Assembly (NCBI GenBank): GCA_002269645.1
Contig: NIVC01001300.1
Span: 1-64,000, forward strand
Direction: 5' to 3'
DNA from: Macrostomum lignano
Taxonomy: Eukaryota
DNA length: 64,000 bases
Of this stretch, positions 11,691 through 25,876 are shown piece after piece (the stretch's first letter is position 1; the number at the start of each line of letters is the position of its first letter). The notes beneath the pieces were generated by a model, which was given only the letters and a program-made list of their open reading frames with translations, had not been told where the DNA came from and searched no databases. The translations under genes were made by a program, and so were the position numbers.

Positions 11691-11993
11691 ATGAGACTCA
11701 ATCTACTACAGCACTGCGTCTACCTCATTATGAACTTGTTCTCAGCAGCGATGTTACTGACGGCATGTCCTGTTGGTATCCAATCCCTGCTGCTGATTAG
11801 GCACAGCCTGCCTTCGGCCTGCGTAGGGATGATCATGGCCATCGTCGGCCTGATGATTGCGGTGTCCTGCAGGGCCACGGCTCGCATTGGCAAACGGCTC
11901 ATCATCTACATGCCGGACAGGTATCTGGGGGAGCAGCGGAAGCAGACGGAGACACCCAGCGGGCGAAGCAGCACGAACAGCGACTTGCAATGA
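11691..11993 (+). CDS. Putative small membrane protein (~100 aa, two hydrophobic helices); may be the last exon of a spliced gene
   Basis: GC-rich open frame in non-repeat DNA; hydrophobic segments VYLIMNLFSAAMLLTACPVGI and ACVGMIMAIVGLMIAVSC followed by a basic stop-transfer stretch. Confidence 0.45.
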   Translation: MRLNLLQHCVYLIMNLFSAAMLLTACPVGIQSLLLIRHSLPSACVGMIMAIVGLMIAVSCRATARIGKRLIIYMPDRYLGEQRKQTETPSGRSSTNSDLQ

Positions 11994-12059
11994 TAACTGT
12001 TCTATGTCTGTTTGCTTCCTACTAATTCGCTATGCCAGTACCTAGCAGATCTCAGGTAT

Positions 12060-14297
12060 TCTGCTCACTTCGCTTTCCACCTCTCTTTCCGCTGCTCACT
12101 CCGCTCTCTCCCTCCACTGTTGCTCACTCCGCTCTCTCCCTGTTGCTCACTCCGCTCTCTCCCTGTTGCTCACTCCGCTCTCCCTGTTGCTCACTCCGCT
12201 CTCTCCCTGCTGCTCACTCCGCTCTCTCCCTGCTGCTCACTCCGCTCTCTCCCTGTTGCTCACTCCGCTCTCCCTGTTGCTCACTCCGCTCTCTCCCTGT
12301 TGCTCACTCCGCTATCTCTCTCCCTGTTGCTCACTCCACTCTCCCTGTTGCTCACTCCGCTTTCCCTGTTGCTCACTCCGCTCTTCCTGTTGCTCACTCC
12401 GCTCTCCCTGTTGCTCACTCTGCGCTCTCCCTGTTGCTCACTCTGCGCTCTCCCTGTTGCTCACTCTGCGCTCTCCCTGTTGCTCACTACGCTCTCTCCC
12501 TGTTGCTCACTCCGCTCTCTCCCTGTTGCTCACTCCGCTCTTTCCCAGCTGTTGCTCACTCCGCTCTCCCCCTGCTGCTCACTCCACTCTCTCCCTGTTG
12601 CTCACTCCGCTCTCTCCATGCTGCTCCCTCCGCTCTCTCCCTGTTGCTCACTCCGCTCTCTCCCTGCTGCTCACTCCGCTCTCTCCCTGTTGCTCACTCC
12701 GCTCTCTCCCTGTTGCTCACTCCGCTCTCTCCCTGCTGCTCACTCCGCCCTCTCCCTGTTGCTCACTCCGCTCTCTCCCTGCTGCTCACTCCGCTCTCTC
12801 CCTGCTGCTCACTCCGCTCTCTCCCTGTTGCTCACTCCGCTCTCTCCCTGTGCTCACTCCGCTCTCTCCCTGTTGCTCACTCCGCTCTCTCCCTGCTGCT
12901 CACTCCGCTCTCCCTGCTGCTCACTCCGCTCTCTCCCTGTTGCTCACTCCGCTCTCCCTGTTGCTCACTCCGCTCTCTTCCTGTTGCTCACTCCGCTCTC
13001 TCCCTGTTGCTCACTCCGCTCTCTCCCTGCTGCTCACTCCGCTCTCTCCCTGCTGCTCACTCCGCTCTCCCTGCTGCTCACTCCGCTCTCTCCCTGTTGC
13101 TCACTCCGCCCTCTCCCTGTTGCTCACTCCGCTCTCTCCCTGTTGCTCACTCCGCTCTCTCCCTGTTGCTCACTCCGCTCTCTCCCTGTTGCTCACTCCG
13201 CTCTCTCCCTGCTGCTCACTCCGCTCTCCCTGCTGCTCACTCCGCTCTCTCCCTGTTGCTCACTCCGCTCTCCCTGTTGCTCACTCCGCTCTCCCTGTTG
13301 CTCACTCCGCTCTCCCCCTGTTGCTCACTCCGCTCTCTCCCTGTTGCTCACTCCGGTCTCCCTGTTGCTCACTCCGCTCTCTCCCTGTTGCTCACTCCGC
13401 TCTCTCCCTGTTGCTCACTCCACTCTCCCTGTTGCTCACTCCGCTTTCCCTCTTGCTCACTCCGCTCTCCCTGTTGCTCACTCCGCTCTCCCTGTTGCTC
13501 ACTCTGCGCTCTCCCTGTTGCTCACTCTGCGCTCTCCCTGTTGCTCACTCCGCTCTCTCCCTGTTGCTCACTCCGCTCTTTCCCAGCTGTTGCTCACTCC
13601 GCTCTCTCCCTGTTGCTCACTCCGCTCTTTCCCAGCTGTTGCTCACTCCGCTCTCCCCCTGCTGCTCACTCCGCTCTCTCCCTGTTGCTCACTCCGCTCT
13701 CTCCCTGCTGCTCCCTCCGCTCTCTCCCTGTTGCTCACTCCGCTCTCTCCCTGCTGCTCACTCCGCTCTCTCCCTGCTGCTCACTCCGCTCTCTCCCTGT
13801 TGCTCCCTCCGCTCTCTCCCTGTTCCTCACTCCGCTCTCTCCCTGCTGCTCACTCCGCCCTCTCCCTGTTGCTCACTCCGCTCTCTCCCTGCTGCTCACT
13901 CCGCTCTCTCCCTGCTGCTCACTCCGCTCTCCCTGCTGCTCACTCCGCTCTCTCCCTGTTGCTCACTCCGCTCTCTCCCTGCTGCTCACTCCGCTCTCTC
14001 CCTGTTGCTCACTCCGCTCTCCCTGTTGCTCACTCCGCTCTCTTCCTGTTGCTCACTCCGCTCTCTCCCTGTTGCTCACTCCGCTCTCTCCCTGCTGCTC
14101 ACTCCGCTCTCTCCCTGCTGCTCACTCCGCTCTTCCTGCTGCTCACTCCGCTCTCTCCCTGTTGCTCACTCCGCTCTCCCTGTTGCTCACTCCGCTCTCT
14201 TCCTGTTGCTCACTCCGCTCTCTCCCTGTTGCTCACTCCGCTCTCTCCCTGCTGCTCACTCCGCTCTCTCCCTGCTGCTCACTCCGCTCTCTCCCCT
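12060..14297. repeat. ~2.2-kb minisatellite of 21/23-bp units (CTGTTGCTCACTCCGCTCTCTCC)n
   Basis: Direct reading; all three + frames are open only because the unit lacks stops. Confidence 0.97.
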
Positions 14298-14784
14298 TGT
14301 GACACTTAGAAAACAAAGTTTGCTTTTCAAAGTTACAGTACTTTGTATAATTTTAATCTTTAACGATCAAACGTTTTTAAAGTGATCTGCTAGCTTGAGA
14401 AACCTGACCAGTTACAATTTTAATGTGAATATTCAAGGTGAATATTTAGTCCCAATGCTGATAAGACACTGCAGTACTCGTAGTTACAATGGCTGACCAC
14501 TCGCTCATGCAATTCTTTTTTAGGGTCAAAAATTGACCTTAGACGTTAGACTACGACGCAGTGCTCATGTATATGCACAGAGAACCTGATGACTGATATG
14601 CTCGCTTGACTGAGACAGTGAAAGTTTAGCATTTATAAGTTTCAGTCAGTTTAATGCCCGGTCGCGTCAATCGATTATAGCCACTGATTTGAAAGCAATT
14701 TCGAATATACATGTACATGTAAATTTGCGCACTACTCCACGTTTTTAACAGTTTTTAGCATCTTAGCTACTGAGGGTCTGCATG

Positions 14785-15628
14785 GGAGGCTGGCCCAGCA
14801 ACTGAGAATCTGGGAGGCTGGCCCAGCAACTGAGGATCTGGGAGGCTGGCCCAGCAACTGAGGATCTGGGAGGCTGGCCCAGCAGCTGATGAGGATCTGG
14901 GAGGCTGGCCCAGCAACTGAGGATCTGGGAGGCTGGCCCAGCAACTGAGAATCTGGGAGGCTGGCCCAGCAACTGAGGATCTGGGAGGCTGGCCCAGCAA
15001 CTGAGGATCTGGGAGGCTGATCCAGCAGCTAGCTGATAAGGATCTGGGAGGCTGGCCCAGTAACTGAGGATCTGGGAGGCTGGCCCAGCAACTGAGGATC
15101 TGGGAGGCTGGCCCAGTAACTGATGAGCATCTGGGAGGCTGGCCCAGCAACTTAGGATCTGGGAGGCTGGCCCAGCAACTGAGGATCTGGGAGGCTGGCC
15201 CAGCAACTGAGGATCTGAGAGGCTGGCCCAGCAACTGACGATCTGAGAGGATGGCCCAGCAACTGAGGATCTGGGAGGCTGGCCCAGCAGCTGAGGATCT
15301 GGGAGGCTGGCCCGGCAACTGGGGACTGAGGATCTGGGAGGTTGGCCCAGCAACCGATGATCTGGGAGGCTGGCCCAGCAACTGAGGATCTGGGAGGCTG
15401 GCTAAGCAACTGAGGCTCTGGGAGGCTGGCCCAGCAGCTGATGAGGATCTGCGAGGCTGGCCCAGCAACTGAGGATCTGGGGGCTGGCCCAGCAACTGAG
15501 GATCTGGGGGCTGGCCCAGCAACTGAGGATCTGGGAGGCTGGCCCAGCAACTGATGAGGATCTGCGAGGCTGGCCAAGCAACTGGGAATCTGGGAGGCTG
15601 GCCCAGCAACTGAGGATCTGGGAGGCTG
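14785..15628. repeat. 28-bp minisatellite (GCCCAGCAACTGAGGATCTGGGAGGCTG)n, ~30 copies
   Basis: Direct reading; reverse complement of the array in SCAMP intron 4. Confidence 0.96.
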
Positions 15629-16093
15629 GTGACCTAAACAATACAAATAAAACAAAGCAGTGAACCAAGGGGCACTATGGATAAATGAAGAGAACAATTT
15701 TATTAATTTTGACATAAAATTGAATCAGTTGGCGGGCCACAGCTTAGTGAGCTGTCATCGGGATAAGGGCTCAAACCGGATGTTTGATTAATAATAATCG
15801 GCATGAATAAAAACAACAAAGGTGGCTTAAATTAAAAGTACAAAAAGTGAGTTACACTATACTTACTGGTTATCAAAGTCGAAGGCTATTTGAAAGTATT
15901 TTTAAGAATCATGAAAAACAGGTGCATATAAGTTATATCGGGAGAGATGATGTCAATGAACTAGCGAAGATATAAAAAAATTACAAAAAAAGAGAAATTT
16001 CTGGAATAATAATTATTTTAGGTTACGATTCGCTCAACTTGCTCAATGTTTATTGAATCTGTCAGATTGTAAAGTGACAGCCTTTCTTTCAAT

Positions 16094-19207
<3,114 letters not shown>

Positions 19208-19590
19208 GATTTTAATAATTAACACAGATTAAAATACAGCAGCAGGGAATTTTTGCAACCACAAATACTAGAAAATAGACGAATAAACATAAAGTTAAAA
19301 TATGTATAGTAATTGCTTAAGCGCATAAAACAAAACTCGTAATAATTGTATGTATAAAATAGGTAAAATATAGAAATACGTAGGTGTTATAAATAAATTA
19401 AGTTATTTATTTTAAATAATTAGGTTATATCAGTTTAGACGAATTAAAACTATTGTTTGTCGATAAATTTAATATCTCATCTTTCAAGATTTTATATACG
19501 TTCTTTCACCCCAGTGAGTCATAAGTAAATATTTTTACTACAGATCTGACGACCTGTCTCTTATCAAATTTTTTTAGTTCATGAAACACT
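19208..19590. promoter_or_regulatory. AT-rich 383-bp interval between divergent CTSD and SCAMP start codons; putative bidirectional promoter
   Basis: ATGs at 19207 (-) and 19591 (+). Inferred from geometry only. Confidence 0.55.
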
Positions 19591-22500
19591 ATGAGTGACT
19601 TTGGAGATAATCCGTTTGGTGATCCTAAAGCTAGCCAGAGCGCGGATCCCTTCTCTGTAAGTTGTAAATTCAAAAAAGTCCAGAATTATTTATTGGCAAA
19701 ATGTATTTATTAGTACTTATAAAGCATATATTAATTTAGAAACCTTTTTATTCTACTAAAAAATAAAAAGCATGATACTTAATTTTTACTAAAGGAAAAG
19801 CAATACTTCATACTTTCCTACATCATAGATAACTCAGGTCATTTAGCAAATTTAGCAATTTAGCAAAAAATCATCTTTAGTAAATAGGAGAGCAGATTCT
19901 TTGTTATTATTGAATAGATATTTTTGTATCATAAAATTGTAGTAGTAGGTTAGGCCTATGCTATAGAGGTAGAAAGCAATTTCTTTATTCTAACCATATT
20001 GGTCTTGTATGAAGTAGAGTTGGATCAAACATGACATTAATTAACAATTAATTAGCCATAATTTGTAAAATGTATAAAAGAAATAATAGTAAAACTGTAA
20101 TATAACCTATTAAAAAGGTCATTTTTATTTCTATCCCCCCCAAATAATAGAGGCCTAAGGTCTTTTTTAAAACCTTAGGGCTTAGATCTTAAAAACTAAA
20201 AGTATACAAGATCCCTGACCGTCATGGTGATTGTGTCTTTGGTAATAGGCCTATATAAATAATTTTATATTTAATGTATTTCTACAAAAAATATATTATG
20301 AAAGATAAAAATATAAGTCCTTTTTTACTTTTGAGTATATCTTAGGCTATTGAGGTGTGATTTCAAATTGGTTTTGGATAGCTAGTACAACTTTTAATTT
20401 ATCATTCAGCTTTAGATACTAATATAATTTAAGAATATATATTTTGCATAAAAATAGTTTCGTTTAATGCAAGCATCCATTTTGTAAATCTAATGCCATG
20501 GTTGAAGTCTATGAAAAAAATATTATAGCTTAGAACTTGTTGCATACTTTATTACAACTTTTATGTCAACTGAAACATAGAAATTCTAGCATCCATTGAA
20601 AACTCTGTTATACTCAACATAGAAAGGACTTATAAAACACCTCTCATATAGGGATCTATAACATTAAATTGCAAACTTGGTAGAACTACATATAAAATAG
20701 AGAGTTAAAATTTTTAGCTCACATGCATTTCATCTTTGGCATATTTAAACTCATGCCTACTAAATCAGGACCCATCAGTGCAACAGGCAGCAAGAGGTTC
20801 TCAGGCAGCCGCCGTTCAAGACTTCAATCCATTTGAGAAAGGTCAGGAAAGATCCGCGGTTGCTGGGCCAGCTGTTCTCCCAGCAACTGGTGGAGGCCCA
20901 CAGCAGGCGGCCCCACCGCCTCCATACACGTCCTCTGCCCAGCAGCCCGCGCCATCCAAGATCAACACTGACGAACTGGAAAAGCGTCAGCGAGAACTCG
21001 ACGCCAAGGCCAGGGAATTGGAGAGGCGAGAAGAGGAGCAGCGGCAGAGGGAGCAGGATCTGTCTGCTGGCGGATGTGAGTGAGCTGTGCATCAACTGGG
21101 AAACTTTCAGATCCCAAATCACTCGGGACATTCAGATCCCAAATCATCACTCGGGACATTCAGATCCCAAATCACTCGGGAAATTCAGATCCCAAATCAC
21201 TCGGGACATTCAGATCCCAAATCACTCGGGATGTTCCGATCCCAAATCACTCGAGATATTCAAATCCCAAATCACTCGGGACATTCAGATCCCTAATCAC
21301 TCGGGATGAATTCAGATCCCAAATCATCACTCGGGACATTCAGATCCCAAATCACTCGGGACATTCAGATCCCAAATCATCACTCGGGACATTCAGATCC
21401 CAAAAACTTCACATCTGGATGTTCAGATCCCAAAACACTCGGGTCATGCAGATCCCTAAACACAAAAACAATATTTTATTTTTCAGTCCGAGCTAACAAC
21501 TGGCCGCCATTGCCTTCATTCTCTCCAATCGGGCCCTGCTTCTATCAGGACATCGATTTAGAAATACCACTGGAGTTTAGAAGGATTGTACAGTTGGCCT
21601 ACTACCTGTGGATGGCTCACGCCTCTGTGCTGCTCATTAACATAATTGGAGCGATTACTTATTTTATTGCGGTGAAGGAGAACAAAGCCAATGCTGGCAC
21701 AGTGTTTGGCGTATCGCTTATTGTGTTCGTCATCTTCACTCCAGCCTCCTTTGTGTGCTGGTTCCGCCCGCTGTACAGGGCCTTCAAGTGAGCGCTGACA
21801 CTGATACAGACAGAAAGTAGGACATACATTAGAGACTGGCAGACACAATTAGAGACAGGCAGACACAATTAGAGACAGGCAGACACAATTAGAGACAGGC
21901 AGACACAATTAGAGACAGGCAGACACAATTAAAGACAGGCAGACACAATTAGAGACAGGCAGACACAATTAGAGACAGGCAGACACAATTAGAGACAGGC
22001 AGACACAATTAGAGATAGTCAGACACAATTAGAGACAGGCAGACACAATTAGAGATAGTCAGACACAATTAGAGACAGGCAGACACAATTAGAGACAGGC
22101 AGACACAATTAGAGACAGGCAGACACAATTAGAGATAGTCAGACACAATTAGAGACAGGCAGACACAATTAGAGACAGGCAGACACAATTAGAGACAGGC
22201 GGACATAATTAGAGACTAGCAGACACAATTAAAGACAGGCAGACACAATTAGAGACAGGCAGACACAATTAAAGACAGGCAGACACAATTAATTAAAGAC
22301 AGGCGGACACAATTAGAGACAGGCAGACACTAAGCGAGACACACAAAAAACTAGAAGAGTTTTAACTATCTCTTCCAGAAGCGACAGCAGCTTCAATTTC
22401 TTCCTGTTCTTCCTGATGCTGTTTGTCCAATTCTCCATACTGACCATCCAATGCCTCGGCCTGGACTATCTGGGCTCCTGCGGCTGGATCAACGCCTTCG

Positions 22501-23284
22501 TCATGATGAAGGAGAGCACAGCTGTGGGCGTCCTGATGCTCATCATCGCCATCGCTTTCACCGCTTTGGCTGCGTTGGACCTTCTGCTGCTGGTTCAGGT
22601 GAGTCCTCAGTTGCTGGGCCAGCCTCCCAAATCCTCATCAGTTGCTGGGCCGGCCTTCCAGATCCTCAGTCGCTGTGCCAGCCTCCCAGATCCTCCGTTG
22701 CTGGGCCGGCCTTCCAGATCCTCAGTCGCTGTGCCAGCCTCCCAGATCCTCCGTTGCTGGGCCGGCCTTCCAGATCCTCAGTCGCTGTGCCAGCCTCCCA
22801 GATCCTCCGTTGCTGGGCCGGCCTTCCAGATCCTCAGTCGCTGGGCCAGCCTCCCAGATCCCCAGTTGCTGTGCCAGCCTCCCAGATCCTCCGTTGCTGG
22901 GCTAGCCTCCCATATCCTCAGTTGCTAGGCCGGCCTTCCAGATCCCCAGTTGCTGGGCCGGCCTCCCAGATCCTCAGTTGCTGGGCCAGCCTCCCAAATC
23001 CTCATCAGTTGCTGGGCCAGCCTCCCAGATCCTCAGTTGCTGGGCCAGCCTCCCATATCCTCAGTTGCTGTGCCAGCCTCCCAGATCCTCATCAGTTGCC
23101 GTGCCGCCCGCAGGTGCACCGCATTTACCGCAGCACAGGCGCCAGCTTTGCCAAAGCTCGCCAGGAGTTCAGCCAGGGCGTGCTGACCAACGAGGCAGTC
23201 AGGGGCGCCGCGGCAGATGCTGCAACAGCCACCGCCAGGTCTGCCTTCACGGGTGGGGGCAGCGGCAGCGGAGGTCGGTACTGA
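19591..23284 (+). CDS. SCAMP: Secretory carrier-associated membrane protein. Exons 19591-19656, 20769-21075, 21487-21787, 22379-22598 and 23114-23284
   Basis: N-terminal NPF/DPF motifs (DNPFGDP, DFNPF), coiled coil ELEKRQRELD, NNWPPLP, PCFYQDI, E-peptide CWFRPLYRAFKSDSSFNFF, four TM helices and HRIYRSTGASFAKARQEF. Splice phases are consistent. Confidence 0.96.
21100..21440. repeat. 25-bp intronic minisatellite (CAGATCCCAAATCACTCGGGACATT)n
   Basis: Fills SCAMP intron 2. Confidence 0.94.
21830..22328. repeat. 20-bp intronic minisatellite (ACACAATTAGAGACAGGCAG)n, ~25 copies
   Basis: Fills SCAMP intron 3. Confidence 0.95.
22603..23100. repeat. 28-bp intronic minisatellite (CAGCCTCCCAGATCCTCAGTTGCTGGGC)n and variants
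   Basis: Fills SCAMP intron 4 from donor to acceptor. Confidence 0.94.
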
Positions 23285-25004
23285 CTGGCTTCATGAGACC
23301 TGAACCTTGGCAGGAGCCCTGTTTTACAATTTCTGTGTCTCCGTCATCATCTCTTCTATCTATCGGTAGAAGCAGATCTTCAAAATGCCTTGACTTTTAT
23401 AAACTACAAAATTTATACAATATTCCGCTAATTAATTTAAAAAAATGTTCCTCTGTCTACTCAGACTAATGATCAGTAGAATATTTTAACTTTAATATTG
23501 GCTTCAGTATATATTGTTTTTTATTGTTAATGTTGTGTATAGTTGTTTTGCATGTCATACTACTGATCCTTTAAGTAGTATCATTGGTAAGAAATATTTA
23601 GGCACTATGAAAATTGTGATAATTGAATTATTAAAACATTACTGACATTCTATTCAATTCTTTTCTATACACTAACGATATTTTGGATAATTATTCCTGC
23701 AATGCACTGTTTGTACTACTTACTTTCCTGTCTGTATTTTTTCTATTTTATATTCATATTCTAATTAAATAATCATTTAATGTCAGTAGTACGAGTAGAC
23801 TGTGATTGCCATTTATTTTTAAATTGCTCATAGGTGGCTGACTTGGTTTGTAAATTCAGTACAGTTTGTAATGACATTAATGCTGTCTACTGCCAATATT
23901 TTGTTTAAATTAATGTTTATCAAGCCCTGCTAATGTGTTGTTGTTGTGGTATTTATTAATCTTCAATTTTTGTTTTTGCAATATATTATAGATTGAATCT
24001 TTACATTATTCTCATTTTGCGGACTTATTTTTACTCGTATATTTTTATAGTAACAATATGCAATGATGAAAATGATGTGACTACTTGCAATAGTATAATA
24101 TATTCATATACTCGTAGAATGATGAAACAGCGCCTAAGGCACCCAGTTAAATGATTTTGTGTTACAAATTTCGGTTTGAATAAAAGATTTTGAGAATCTA
24201 CCTAATCTTTTCTTTTAAATATCGTTTTTTTATTTGGCGCCCTCCTCACTGGCTTACGAGTCTCCAAGGAAATTCCATGGAAATTCCGTGACTAGTTCTC
24301 TGAAAAGAAGATGGCAATATTTATGAAAGTATAGCGTCAGGGCGATCAGTCAAAAGGGAGTGGGGTGCACAGACGGCAGATGTACTTGTCAAAACATTTA
24401 CCAGCTTATACATGAAGCATCCAGGAGGCGAGCTTTCAGGCTTGTTAATCATTGCCACCTAGTGTGCTAATGATTTCAGGTAATCATCATGGACATGGTA
24501 GCTAAGCAAAGGCTGCAATTGTTCCAGGTACAGGGATTTAAAGGGCATGAAATTCATCGCAATACGATGCATGTACTTTTCTCGACCGCGTGAAGGCCTA
24601 AGGTAAACCAAGGTTAGTGAAATTATGATTTTGGCAAGTTTTTGTGGTCATACAAGGAATACATGTACATGTAATTAATTGTTTGAAACGACTCCCTGAA
24701 TACTTGTGATGAGTTCATGGAACGCACTTCATTTGCTCTGACCTGGTGCTGCGTGGGAATATATCCCGTCAGAGGACACGGACTTGCAAGACGATCCGGT
24801 ACGTGGTATCAATTCCAGGATCGTGACTGCAGCAGACAACGTCAGGAGCGCAAGGCCTCTGCATGCGTAGGCAGAATGCAGTCAACAAGAGGCCGACCTG
24901 TTACAGCAAACCGACGTCGGTGTACGCTCCCAATTTCTATCAACGTCGCTGACAAATATGTACTTTTACATTACATCGACGGATAACGACGTAATTCTCG
25001 CATA

Positions 25005-25285
25005 CAATTGGTGAACAAAGAATTGGTGAACACAGCATCGGTGTGGTGCGCAGCCTATGCGTGTACAATGCATTTTCTCTTGCTCTCTAGCCAACGTGCT
25101 CAGCACCCAAATGTATTGCGTAACTCAAAGCTGCACGTCGGCAGCTGTGTGAATATATATCGCAAATATACGGCTCTTAGAGGCCAAGGTTCTTACCCGC
25201 CAAGCGGACTACGAACACTACAATCGGTCAACACAGAATTGGTGAACACAGCATTGGTGTAATAACGGAATGGTGAACACAGCAT
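25005..25285. repeat. Two short clusters of the CACAGCATTGGTGAA 15-bp repeat family
   Basis: AATTGGTGAACACAGCAT-type units at ~25005-25040 and ~25220-25285; same family as 34770-36085. Confidence 0.7.
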
Positions 25286-25876
25286 TTTAAGGCTTTCAAG
25301 CCTGCAGTCAACCTACAGTCCAATTCTAAATTTTAAATTCCAGATTTTAGGCCCTAAAATAGATTTCTACTAATTGTTATTTTATTCAGACCTTTATGAT
25401 AATTGCTGCTACGCGCGGTGCCAATTACTTATTGTTACAAAACCAAATTATTCTAAGAACAAAAGCTTCTTTTCAAGCTATAAGAAAAAATTAATACAAC
25501 AAACAAAGTGTTTAAGTAAAAAACTCAACTTAACTAACTGGCATGGCAACTAACTAACTGGCAGTTAAAACAATAAATGCGCATGCCATGCATGCAGTGC
25601 CAAAATGGCTCGGATAGTTCCATGTTGGATTTTTCGCTACATGTACAATGGCCTGTTACTATTTTTAGCCACGGCGTACGTTTGTTTAGTATCCGTGCTG
25701 GCTGCGCTGGCTTAGGAAGTTTCTCCCAGTTGACGACCATGGCTTTTTCACACCACGTAATGCCTATTTTTAATTGTACGTTTTCCCAATATAGTTCCGT
25801 ATTACATGTAGCTGACGGTGCATTGCAGGCTACAAATACAAATTTCGGGCGCCGATTACAAGCCTTTGCTTTCGAA

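Noticed and set aside
12012-14385. Three 739-765 aa ORFs
   Set aside because: They are translations of a stop-free 21/23-bp minisatellite, open in all three frames, with no unique sequence.
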